Shown here piece by piece: positions 12,578 through 24,900 of a stretch of DNA of 64,000 nt. Under the pieces are notes generated by a model. That model saw only the letters and a program-made list of their open reading frames with translations, made no database searches and was not told the origin of the DNA. The first letter of the stretch is position 1, and every line of letters starts with the position of its first letter. The DNA is taken from contig OZ024744.1 of assembly GCA_964016885.1 (NCBI GenBank), positions 94,984,001 to 95,048,000 on the forward strand. The letters are read 5' to 3'. Made by a program: the position numbers and the translations under genes. Origin of the DNA: Eledone cirrhosa (lineage: Eukaryota).

Positions 12578-13113
12578 TTTACGTCCGTTTTTCCCTGCTT
12601 GCAAGGGTGGGACGGGTCTTATTCAGCACAGCATCTCTCCACTTGTCACGGTCCTTCGTCATCTCCACCGTGAGCTTCAATGATCTGAGGTCTGTTCTCA
12701 CCACCTCCGCCCATGTTTTTCGTGGTCTACCTCTACCACGTCTTCCTTCAACTGGCAATTCCTGGCACTTCTTCACCCATCGGTCATCCTCCATGCGCAT
12801 CACATGTCCATACCACCGCAGTCTCCTCTTCCGTACACTACATTCTGTCCCTCTCAGACACAGTTTCTCTCTCAACACATTTATGCTGGGTCGTTCACGC
12901 ACATTTACACTGCACATCCAACGGAGCATGCTTGCCTCATTTCTCTCCAGCCGTCGCATATCCTCTGCAGTTGCTGCCCATGTCTCACTACCATGCAGCA
13001 TCGCGCTCCTCACACAGGCATCATACAACCGGCCTTTCGTACGCAGGGAGAAACCCTTCTTCGTCAACAGAGGAAGCAGCTCCCTAAACTTCTTCCAACC
13101 CGTCCTTATTCTA
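12551..13113 (-). mobile_element. 5'-truncated RTE LINE, family 3 (ORF ends at the tail)
   Basis: 179-aa ORF ...VEGRRGRGRPRKTWAEVVRTDLRSLKLT...ASREKRT* followed directly by (GAT)n. Confidence 0.9.
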
Positions 13114-13354
13114 GACACTAAATCATTATTGAAAAATACAAAACAGCACTATGACTGCATCACATTACATATTAAAGTCTTTACTTTAATACTGCACATT
13201 TTCACAATGGTAAGTCTACTAGTAAAAGATACTATAAACATTTATATTTTCTGCCAAACCATTACAGTTGTAAATTGATTCTTAAGAATCAATTAACAAT
13301 TGTGGATATGCAACATCATGCTTAGAATAAATGATTGCATCACATTAAATATTT

Positions 13355-13920
13355 GTGGAGGCGTAAGGCCTAGTGGTAAGGGTGTTGGACTTATGATCAT
13401 AATGTCTTGGGTTGGATTTTTTGACTGGGTTTTGTGTTGTGTTCTTGGGCAAATCAATTTATTTCACGTTGCTCCATTATACTCAGTGGAGGTGTGTGGC
13501 CTAGTGGTAAGGGTGTTGGATTTATGATCATAATGTCTTGGGTTCGACCCTTAGGCTGGGTTGTGTGTTGTGTTCTTGAGCAAAAACCTCATTTCATGTT
13601 GCTCCAGTATACTCAGTAGAGGTGTGTAGCCTAGTGGTAAGGGTGTTGGACTTATGATCATAATGTTGTGGGTTTGATTCCTGGACTGGGTGGTTGTGTG
13701 TTGTGTTCTTGAGCAAAACACTTCATTTCATGTTGCTCCAGTATACTCAGTGGAGGTGTGTGACCTAGTGGTAAGGGTGTTGGACTTATGATCATAATGA
13801 CTTGGGTTTAATTACTGGATACCTTGTAATGGACTGGTGTCTTGTTCAGGGGTGGGGTGGGGGATGTCATATAGCCTCAGTCGTTTAACACCACGGAAAA
13901 TGGGATAAGCTTCCTGGCTC
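13355..13920 (+). repeat. Tandem of four degenerate SINE heads (about 131-bp period)
   Basis: ggcctagtggtaagggtgttgga...ttcttgagcaaaa...gttgctccagtatactcag repeated. Confidence 0.75.
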
Positions 13921-14131
13921 GAGATAGACTTTAGATATTAAATATTGAAATCTTTATATAATAATAATAATGAAATTATTGTGTACTTTAATGCTACAAA
14001 GTTTCATAACAATCTGTCCACTAATAGAGATACTATAAACATTTATATTAACAAACCTGTTTTAGGGTAGTGTCTGCTAACTCATTACAGGATGTAAATA
14101 TTTAAATAAAAGCTGATGGTGATGATGATGA

Positions 14132-15148
14132 TCATCATCATCATCACCGTTTTACGTCCGTTCTTCCACGCTAGCATGGGTTAGACGGGTTGTCCTGTTG
14201 TGGGCAGTGTCTGGTCGGATGACCATGCCTTGCTCATACAGGAACTGATTTGGCTCGATTTCTACAGCTGGATGCCCTTCCTAACACCAACCTCATTTAC
14301 AGTGAGTGGTGGGTGCTTTTTCATGACGCCTACACGTCCACTTTACTGTGTGGGCTGGGTGCTTTTTTGCCGTGGCACCTTCACGATCACCTTGCGGTGG
14401 GGGGTGTGGGGGCATATTGTCTATATGCTTCAGCTTGTACCCATGGGAGGTCGGGTACTCTGTATTACTGCGTGACGCCAGAAGTCACGGTCGTGTGTCA
14501 TTGCCTTTGAGAGGTGTAATTGGGTAAGGTCGGCTTTTATCACCTCATCCCAGGTCATCTTGGGTCTCCCCACTCTGCGGTTTCCATCAACTTCTAGTGC
14601 TCTGCACCTTTTTATGCAGCTGTCATCCTTCATACGCATCACATGTCCATACCAGTGCAACTGCCTCTCCTGCACACAGCATTTGATTCCTCTTATGCTC
14701 AGTCTCTCTCTCAATTCATTTATGCTTTGTCGTTCACGTATATTACTGTTACACATCCATCGGAGTATGCAGGCTTCGTTTCTCTCTAATCTACGTAAGT
14801 CTTCCACCTTCAGCGCCCAGGTTTCACTACCATGCAACATCGCTGTTCGGATACACGCATCATACAGTCTGCCTTTCATTCTGAGGGAGAAGCCTTTTGC
14901 AGCTAGCAGTGGTAGTAGTTCCCTAAACTTCTTCCATCCCGTTCTTACCCTAGTTATTGTACTTTCTGAACACCCACCTCCGCTGTTAATTCGGTCTCCT
15001 AGGTAGCAGAAGCTGTCTACTGTTTCTACAGAGTCCTCCCAGAGATTGGTGGTACTTGTTTCCTGTGGCTGTTTGTTGTTTGCTGTCCCAGCACAGCTGC
15101 TACATGTGAAGCCTACATTCTTAATTAAGCTTCCTGAGATCCCGCTAC
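14132..15148 (-). mobile_element. 5'-truncated RTE LINE, family 2
   Basis: ORF2 C-terminus (FCYLG...GWKKFRELLPLL...HGSETW...GRPKMTW) plus SINE-like 3' UTR and (GAT)n. Copies at 33704-34230(-) and 45410-45883(+). Confidence 0.9.
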
Positions 15149-15813
15149 ATCTCTTGATGACGATGACAATGATGATGATGATAATGACAATGATGATGAT
15201 GACAATGATGATGATGATAATGACAATGATGATGATGACAATGATGGTGATGATGATGATGATGATGATCCCTACCCACCCCTGTCCTCAACATCCTCCT
15301 CCTCCTCCTCCTCCTCATCATCATCATCATCATCATTGTCATCATCATCATCATCGTTGTCATCATCATCATCATCCTTATCATCATCATCATTTAAGAT
15401 GACAAATTAATTAAATTAAGGATCAAATTAACAATGATATTTATAAATATAAAATGCCAGCTAGCTAACACTCCTAATATTTTTCTTCCTAATCATCATA
15501 ATTAATTAACTCTATTGTGGTTAGTTATTTCTGATGTTGAATACACTGGGAAGAGGAAGTAGCCCCGTGAGGTGGGGTGGCTGTTGCAGTGGGTGTTGCT
15601 GGCCATTGGCCACCGAAATGTATTTGCAGTCATGTTCACGGTGTGCAGCCCCTTTACTGCTGTTCCCTAGGCCCAGAGCCCAATCACCCCCACCCTTCCC
15701 CATTCTTCTGTCACACTAGAGTCCTTGCCATTCCCTCTGCTTTTCATTTTTTTTTCATTTTTTCTTTATATTTTCCTATTCTACATTCCTTCTTTTCTTT
15801 TTTCCTTTTACTA

Positions 15814-16040
15814 TTAACCCTTTAGCATTTGAACCGGCCACATCCGGACAGAATTCTCTCACCTCTTTCTATTCAAACCTGCCATAACAAGCCACTCATA
15901 CTGATGTTAAGGTATTGTTCTCAAAATAAATAATATCAAAATCTCAGATTCGATATTATGTGAGATATTTATGTGAGATAAAGCCTTTGCCACGAAAAGA
16001 CTATAGTATATATAGAGTAATGTAAATGCTAAAGGGTTAA
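15814..16040. mobile_element. piggyBac-type MITE
   Basis: TTAA-ccctttagcattt ... aaatgctaaaggg-TTAA. Confidence 0.8.
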
Positions 16041-16105
16041 ACTATATATTCCATGATATATTCCATAAATAAATTATCACACTCCTTTAAAAAAAAATAA
16101 ATAAT

Positions 16106-16520
16106 TTAACCCTTTAATGTTCAAACCGGCCAAAACCGGCCAGAGTTCTCTACCTCTTTCTGTTGAAACTGGCTGTAACTGGTCACTCAAACTGATGTTA
16201 AGGTATTGTTCTCAAAATAAATACTTTCAAATTTCATAGATTCGATATTATGTGAGATAATTATGTGAGATAAAGCCTTTGCCATGAAAATATAACAGTA
16301 TATATAGAGTAATTGTTTCTACTTTAGGCACAAGGCCAGCAATTACCCAGTACATTACTGGTACTTTATTTTATCGACCCCGTAAGGATGAAAGGCAAAG
16401 TCAACCTCGGCGGGATTTGAACTCAGATCGTAAAGGGACATAACTATGCTGGAAAGCAAGGCGTCCGACCCTCTACCGATACTGCCAATCCAGAGAGTAA
16501 TGTGAATGCTAAAGGGTTAA
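16106..16520. mobile_element. piggyBac-type MITE with nested MetaSINE
   Basis: TTAA-bounded; SINE at 16311-16492 is flanked by an agagtaat direct repeat. Confidence 0.75.
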
Positions 16521-16638
16521 ACAACCATATTATACTTATGTAGTAAAAAATATGGTCAATGATTTTTTTACAATTGATTACCAGTTAGTACTTGTTTCAG
16601 TAACATGGAACAAAACCATGGCAGGATTTCGAACTAAA

Positions 16639-16681
<43 letters not shown>

Positions 16682-17448
16682 TCATCATCATCATCATCAT
16701 TATCATCACCATGGTTTAACATTCAATTTTCCATGCTAGTATGTGTTAGACGTGTTGTCCCATTTGAGGCAAGTTACGTCAGGTGACCGCGTCATCTTCA
16801 TGCTGTTTCTTGCTTGGTTTCTATAAGTATAATATCATCATCATCATCGTGACATGATGATGATGATATTATACTTATGTAGTAAAAAATATGGTCAATG
16901 ATTTTTTACAATTGAATTATCACTTAGTACTTGTTTCAGCTTTAGTATCACGGAACAAAACCTTGGCAGGATTGCGAACTAAATAATATATGTGGGTAGG
17001 CTGAAAAGTTTATAGCCTGACTATGAAGGATTGATGCTAGAGCTGTGAAATTTTGCATGCAATGAATTAAAGACAATTCCCGTCTTACCCATGCTAGCGT
17101 GGAAGACAGATGTTAAACGATGAATAATAATAATGATGAAATTATTGTGTAAAGTGCTCAGGTGCACTACAACTCGTCAATATAGTACATAGAATAATAC
17201 AATGATGATCTTATTACCACGTAGGTGTCACAACAAAAAGCATCCAGCCCATACTGTAAATGTGGCTGGTGTTAGAAAGGGCATCCAGCCATAGAAACCA
17301 GGCAAGAAACAGTATGAGGATGACATGGTCACCTGATGCAACTTGCGTGACGTCTACACAACCACTTTACAGTGTGCGGTGAGTGCTTTTTGTCGTGACA
17401 CCTACACAACCACTTTACAGTGTTGGCTGGATGTTCTGTCATACCAAC

Positions 17449-17500
<52 letters not shown>

Positions 17501-17501
<1 letters not shown>

Positions 17502-17688
17502 CGGAAGAAATGTGGTAAGGAACCAGGTGGACCATAACGCACCAAAGTACTCAATATTTAGGGTAGTAGAGTGGGTAATAGGAACGAGTAGGACCCCGAC
17601 GGCTGAGCTCAAGCCGTTTCGACGGCTAATTCTGGACTGAATTACCCGTCGAAACGGCTTGAGCTCAGCCGTCGGGGTCCTACTCGTT

Positions 17689-17693
<5 letters not shown>
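17501..17693. mobile_element. Fold-back element, family B, with the 3' half of a hammerhead on each strand
   Basis: Arms 17578-17625/17646-17693; GAAA-cggc(ttgagctca)gccg-TC-ggggtcc; (TA)n on both sides. Relatives at 268-335, 1670-1860, 35555-35730, 36622-36727 and 53330-53465. Confidence 0.8.
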
Positions 17694-17730
<37 letters not shown>

Positions 17731-17885
17731 AGTAAGATGTATGGTAGGTCGTATGTGAATCGCGATGATCACGTCTGACCTACCAAATATGTGACGGTAG
17801 CTAGTTAAGCTCTATGCGTATACGCAGAGCAGAAATATTAGTGAAAAAGAACAAAGGAACTATTATGACATTATAACAAGTTTAT

Positions 17886-17932
17886 TGCCGACAGCCGTTT
17901 CGTCCGACCACATGGTGGGACTTTTCAAGGCA
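17886..17932 (-). ncRNA. Type I hammerhead motif, U3-A8 core variant
   Basis: tgcc-TTGAAAA-gtcc(caccatgtggtc)ggac-GAAA-cggctg-TC-ggca, followed by aataaa. Confidence 0.72.
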
Positions 17933-18976
17933 TATAACATGTGACTGTAAGATCATTATCTACATCAACGTATCACTCAAGGCTAGCAGTTTGAAATTGT
18001 GGTATACATCAGGAACTCCGCTTGTATAGTTGGGGTCTATATTCTAAGGGGGCTCTTTTATATTAGTTGTCGGGGTCATGGATTAGATAATATATAATTT
18101 ACGCATTAACAGTAAACTAAAAGACTTGGGGTCCCGTAGAAGCACCTTAGAAAATCCCTCAATAAGTGCATAAAGCTTACAGGCTCCGATAAACCTACTA
18201 GACTAGAAGAAATTAAGAGGCTAATAAAATAAAAAATAAAAATATAAAGTTTCCCTAAAAAATATATAAAGTTTCCTATGAAATTCCTTCTAGAGAAAAA
18301 AATTTTTTTTCCGAAAGAAAAAAACCTTCCCCCGAGGTCACGTTTACAAATTTCAGAAAACTTACGAAGTTTTGATATTTCCTACTAAGTTGAAAGAAAC
18401 TAATCAATTAAAGGTTAATTCAGAGAGCCTTCTATAATTCTCTCAGAAAAGGCCCCGGTGTGTTTGTGTCTGTCTGTGAGTGTCTGTGTGTGTGTGTTTG
18501 TGTCTGTCTGTCTGTGAGTGTCTGTGTGTGTGTTTGTGTCTGTCTGTTTGTGTATGTGTGAATATGCAATTATTGTGTATGAATGAAAGTATATGTATGT
18601 GTGTGTGTGTCAGTGTGTGTGTGTGTTTGTATGTCCACCTGTGTGTGTCTGTGTGTGTATGTCCACCTGTGTGTGTGTGAGTGTGTGTATGTGTGTGTAT
18701 GTGTGTGTGTGTGTATACATGTGAATATGAGGATCCAGATAATATCCTCATCAGATACCAAAAAATAAAATAAAAAATTCATGCAACAAAATCTCTTCAA
18801 TTAAAAAGGGTTTTAAAGAAAAAAAACAAACATTTTTTTAAAAAAGCAAAATAATGAAATTAATGTGTATTTAATAACGAAGAGGTTAATTAGCATTGTA
18901 GTCTTTCACATTCTATAATGTTAAGTACCGGTTGTTTTGGTCAATGGAAAAGCTTGTTTGTGAAATTAATTTACAA

Positions 18977-21900
18977 GTGAAGGAAGCCACAGTAGAGGTA
19001 GACCAAGGAGGACCTGGGCAGAGGAAATGTCAGTGGAAGGAAGCTGCAGTAGAGGTAGACCAAGGATGACCTGGGCAGAGGGAATGTCAGTGGAAGGAAG
19101 CTGCAGTAGAGGTAGACCAAGGAAGACCTGGGCAGAGGAAATGTCAGTGGAAGGAAGCTGTAGTAGAGGTAGACCAAGGAAGACCTAGGTAGAGGAAATG
19201 TCAGTGGAAGGAAGCCACAGTAGAGGTAGACCAAGGAAGACCTGGGCAGAGGAAATGTCAGTGGAAGGAAGCTGCAGTAGAGGTAGACCAAGGAAGACCT
19301 GGGTAGAGGAAATGTCAGTGGAAGGAAGCTGTAGTAGAGGTAGACCAAGGAAGACCTGGGCAGAGGAAATGTCAGTGGAAGGGAGCCACAGTAGAGGTAG
19401 ACCAAGGAGGACCTGGGCAGAGGAAATGTCAGTGGAAGGAAGCCGCAGTAGAGGTAGACCAAGGAAGACCTGTGCAGAGGAAATGTCAGTGGAAGGAAGC
19501 AGCAGTAGAGGTAGACCAAGGAAGACCTGGGTAGAGGAAATGTCAGTGGAAGGAAGCTGCAGTAGAGGTAGACCAAGGAAGACCTGGGTAGAGGAAATGT
19601 CAGTGGAAGGAAGCCACAGTAGAGGTAGACCAAGGAAGACCTGTGCAGAGGAAATGTCAGTGGAAGGAAGCAGCAGTAGAGGTAGACCAAGGAAGACCTG
19701 GGTAGAGGAAATGTCAGTGGAAGGAAGCCACAGTAGAGGTAGACCAAGGAAGACCTGGGCAGAGGAAATGTCAGTGGAAGGAAGCTGCAGTAGAGGTAGA
19801 CCAAGGAAGACCTGGGTAGAGGAAATGTCAGTGGAAGGAAGCTGTAGTAGAGGTAGACCAAGGAAGACCTGGGCAGAGGAAATGTCAGTGGAAGGGAGCC
19901 ACAGTAGAGGTAGACCAAGGAGGACCTGGGCAGAGGAAATGTCAGTGGAAGGAAGCCGCAGTAGAGGTAGACCAAGGAAGACCTGTGCAGAGGAAATGTC
20001 AGTGGAAGGAAGCAGCAGTAGAGGTAGACCAAGGAAGACCTGGGTAGAGGAAATGTCAGTGGAAGGAAGCCACAGTAGAGGTAGACCAAGGAAGACCTGG
20101 GCAGAGGAAATGTCAGTGGAAGGAAGCTGCAGTAGAGGTAGACCAAGGAAGACCTGGGTAGAGGAAATGTCAGTGGAAGGAAGCTGTAGTAGAGGTAGAC
20201 CAAGGAAGACCTGGGCAGAGGAAATGTCAGTGGAAGGGAGCCACAGTAGAGGTAGACCAAGGAGGACCTGGGCAGAGGAAATGTCAGTGGAAGGAAGCCG
20301 CAGTAGAGGTAGACCAAGGAAGACCTGTGCAGAGGAAATGTCAGTGGAAGGAAGCAGCAGTAGAGGTAGACCAAGGAAGACCTGGGTAGAGGAAATGTCA
20401 GTGGAAGGAAGCTGCAGTAGAGGTAGACCAAGGAAGACCTGGGTAGAGGAAATGTCAGTGGAAGGAAGCCACAGTAGAGGTAGACCAAGGAAGACCTGTG
20501 CAGAGGAAATGTCAGTGGAAGGAAGCAGCAGTAGAGGTAGACCAAGGAAGACCTGGGTAGAGGAAATGTCAGTGGAAGGAAGCCACAGTAGAGGTAGACC
20601 AAGGAAGACCTGGGTAGAGGAAATGTCAGTGGAAGGAAGCTGCAGTAGAGGTAGACCAAGGAAGACCTGGGTAGAGGAAATGTCAGTGGAAGGAAGCTGC
20701 AGTAGAGGTAGACCAAGGAAGACCTGGGTAGAGGAAATGTCAGTGGAAGGAAGCTGCAGTAGAGGTAGACCAAGGAAGACCTGGGTAGAGGAAATGTCAG
20801 TGGAAGGAAGGCACAGTAGAGGTAGACCAAGGAAGACCTGGGCAGAGGAAATGCCAGTGGAAGGAAGCCGCAGTAGAGGTAGACCAAGGAAGACCTGGGT
20901 GGAGGAAATACCAGTGGAAGGAAGCTGTGGTAGAGGTAGACCAAGGAAGACCTGGGTAGAGGAAATGTCAGTGGAAGGAAGCTGCAGTAGAGGTAGACCA
21001 AGGAAGACCTAGGCAGAGGAAATGTCAGTGGAAGGAAGCTGTAGTAGAGGTAGACCAAGGAAGACCTGGGCAGAGGAAATGCCAGTGGAAGGAAGCTGCA
21101 GTAGAGGTAGACCAAGGAAGACCTGGGCAGAGGAAATGTCAGTGGAAGGAAGCTGTGGTAGAGGTAGACCAAGGAAGACCTGGACAGAGGAAATGTCAGT
21201 GGAAGGAAGCTGCAGTAGAGGTAGACCAAGGAAGACCTGGGCAGAGGAAATGTCAGTGGAAGGAAGCTGTGGTAGAGGTAGACCAAGGAAGACCTGGACA
21301 GAGGAAATGTCAGTGGAAGGAAGCTGCAGTAGAGGTAGACCAAGGAGGACCTGGGCAGAGGAAATGTCAGTGGAAGGAAGCTGTAGTAGAGGTAGACCAA
21401 GGAAGACCTGGGTAGAGGAAATGTCAGTGGAAGGAAGCAGCAGTAGAGGTAGACCAAGGAAGACCTGGGTAGAGGAAATGTCAGTGGAAGGAAGCTGTAG
21501 TAGAGGTTGACCAAGGAAGACCTGGGTAGAGGAAATGTCAGTGGAAGGAAGCTGTGGTAGAGGTAGACCAAGGAAGACCTGGGCAGAGGAAATGTCAGTG
21601 GAAGGAAGCTGTATTAGAGGTAGACCAAGGAAGACCTGGGTAGAGGAAATGTCAGTGGAAGGAAGCCGCAGTAGAGGTAGACCAAGGAAGACCTGGGTAG
21701 AGGAAATGCCAGTGGAAGGAAGCCACAGTAGAGGAAGACAAAGGAAGACCTGGGTAGAGGAAATGTCAGTGGAAGGAAGCTGTAGTAGTGGTAGACCAAG
21801 GAAGACCTGGTTAGAGGAAATGTCAGTGGAAGGAAGCTGCAGTAGAGGTAGACCAAGGAAGACCTGGGTAGAGGAAATGCCAGTGGAAGGAAGCCACAGT

Positions 21901-24900
21901 AGAGGAAGACCAAGGAAGACCTGGGTAGAGGAAATGTCAGTGGAAGGAAGCCGCAGTAGAGGTAGACCAAGGAAGACCTGGGCAGAGGAAATGTCAGTGG
22001 AAGGAAGCTGTAGTAGAGGTAGACCAAGGAAGACCTGGGTAGAGGAAATGTCAGTGGAAGGAAGCTGTAGTAGAGGTTGACCAAGGAAGACCTGGGTAGA
22101 GGAAATGTCAGTGGAAGGAAGCTGCAGTAGAGGTAGACCAAGGAATACCTGGGCAGAGGAAATGTCAGTGGAAGGAAGCTGTAGTAGAGGTAGACCAAGG
22201 AAGACCTGGGCAGAGGAAATGTCAGTGGAAGGAAGCTGTAGTAGAGGTAGACCAAGGAAACCTGGGCAGAGGAAATGTCAGTGGAAGGAAGCTGCAGTAG
22301 AGGTAGACCAAGGAAGACCTGGGCAGAGGAAATGTCAGTGGAAGGAAGCTGTGGTAGAGGTAGACCAAGGAAGAGCTGGACAGAGGAAATGTCAGTGGAA
22401 GGAAGCCACATTAGAGGTAGACCAAGGAAGACATGGGTAGAGGAAATGTCAGTGGAAGGAAGCTGCAGTAGAGGTAGACCAAGGAAGACCTGGGTAGAGG
22501 AAATGTCAGTGGAAGGAAGCTGCAGTAGAGGTAGACCAAGGAAGACCTGGGTAGAGGAAATGCCAGTGGAAGGAAGCCACAGTAGAGGAAGACCAAGGAA
22601 TACCTGGGTAGAGGAAATGTCAGTGGAAGGAAGCCGCAGTAGAGGTAGTCCAAGGAAGACCTGGGTAGAGGAAATGCCAGTGGAAGGAAGCCACAGTAGA
22701 GGAAGACCAAGGAAGACCTGGGTAGAGGAAATGTCAGTGGAAGGAAGCTGTAGTAGAGGTTGACCAAGGAAGACCTGGGTAGAGGAAATGTCAGTGGAAG
22801 GAAGCTGCAGTAGAGGTAGACCAAGGAAGACTTGGGCAGAGGAAATGTCAGTAGAAGGAAGCTGCAGTAGAGGTAGACCAAGGAAGACCTGGGCAGAGGA
22901 AATGTCAGTGGAAGGAAGCCGCAGTAGAGGTAGACCAAAGAAGACCTGGGCAGAGGAAATGTCAGTGGAAGGAAGCTGCAGTAGAGGTAGACCAAGGATG
23001 ACCTGGGCAGAGGAAATGTCAGTGGAAGGAAGCTGTATTAGAGGTAGACCAAGGAAGACCTGGGTAGAGGAAATGTCAGTGGAAGGAAGCCGCAGTAGAG
23101 GTAGACCAAGGAAGACCTGGGTAGAGGAAATGCCAGTGGAAGGAAGCCACAGTAGAGGAAGACCAAGGAAGACCTGGGTAGAGGAAATGTCAGTGGAAGG
23201 AAGCTGTAGTAGTGGTAGACCAAGGAAGACCTGGTTAGAGGAAATGTCAGTGGAAGGAAGCTGCAGTAGAGGTAGACCAAGGAAGACCTGGGTAGAGGAA
23301 ATGCCAGTGGAAGGAAGCCACAGTAGAGGAAGACCAAGGAAGACCTGGGTAGAGGAAATGTCAGTGGAAGGAAGCCGCAGTAGAGGTAGACCAAGGAAGA
23401 CCTGGGCAGAGGAAATGTCAGTGGAAGGAAGCTGTAGTAGAGGTAGACCAAGGAAGACCTGGGTAGAGGAAATGTCAGTGGAAGGAAGCTGTAGTAGAGG
23501 TTGACCAAGGAAGACCTGGGTAGAGGAAATGTCAGTGGAAGGAAGCTGCAGTAGAGGTAGACCAAGGAATACCTGGGCAGAGGAAATGTCAGTGGAAGGA
23601 AGCTGTAGTAGAGGTAGACCAAGGAAGACCTGGGCAGAGGAAATGTCAGTGGAAGGAAGCTGTAGTAGAGGTAGACCAAGGAAACCTGGGCAGAGGAAAT
23701 GTCAGTGGAAGGAAGCTGCAGTAGAGGTAGACCAAGGAAGACCTGGGCAGAGGAAATGTCAGTGGAAGGAAGCTGTGGTAGAGGTAGACCAAGGAAGAGC
23801 TGGACAGAGGAAATGTCAGTGGAAGGAAGCCACATTAGAGGTAGACCAAAGAAGACCTGGGCAGAGGAAATGTCAGTGGAAGGAAGCTGCAGTAGAGGTA
23901 GACCAAGGATGACCTGGGCAGAGGAAATGTCAGTGGAAGGAAGCTGCAGTAGAGCTAGACCAAGATAGACCTGGGTAGAGGAAATGTCAGTGGAAGGAAG
24001 CTGCAGTAGAGGTAGACCAAGGAAGACCTGGGCAGAGGAAATGTCAGTGGAAGGAAGCTGTAGTAGAGGTAGACCAAGGAAGACCTGGGCAGAGGAAATG
24101 TCAGTGGAAGGAAGCTGCAGTAGAGGTAGACCAAGGAGGACCTGGGTAGATGAAAAGTCAGTGGAAGGAAGCAGTAGTAGAGGTAGAGCAAGGATGACCT
24201 GGGCAGAGGAAATACCAGTGGAAGGAAGCTGTGGTAGAGGTAGACCAAGGAAGACCTGGGCAGAGGAAATGTCAGTGGAAGGAAGCTGTAGTAGAGGTAG
24301 ACCAAGGAGGACCTGGGTAGAGGAAATGTCAGTGGAAGGGAGCCACAGTAGAGGTAGACCAAGGAGGACCTGGGTAGAGGAAATGTCAGTGGAAGGAAGC
24401 TGCAGTAGAGGTAGACCAAGGAAGACCTGGGCAGAGGAAATGTCAGTGGAAGGAAGCCACAGTAGAGGTAGACCAAGGAAGACCTGGGTAGAGGAAATGT
24501 CAGTGGAAGGAAGCTGTAGTAGAAGTAGACCAAGGATGACCTGGGCAGAGGAAATGTCAGTGGAAGGAAGCCACATTAGAGGTAGACCAAGGAAGACCTG
24601 GGCAGAGGAAATATCAGTGGAAGGGAGCCACAGTAGAGGTAGACCAAGGAAGACCTGGGTAGAGGAAATACCAGTGGAAGGAAGCTGCTGTAGAGGTAGA
24701 CCAAGGAGGACCTGGGTAGAGGAAAAGTCAGTGGAAGGAAGCTGTAGTAGAGGTAGAGCAAGGATGACCTGGGCAGAGGAAATACCAGTGGAAGGAAGCT
24801 GTGGTAGAGGTAGACCAAGGAAGACCTGGGCAGAGGAAATGTCAGTGGAAGGAAGCTGTAGTAGAGGTAGACCAAGGAAGACCTGGGCAGAGGAAATGTC

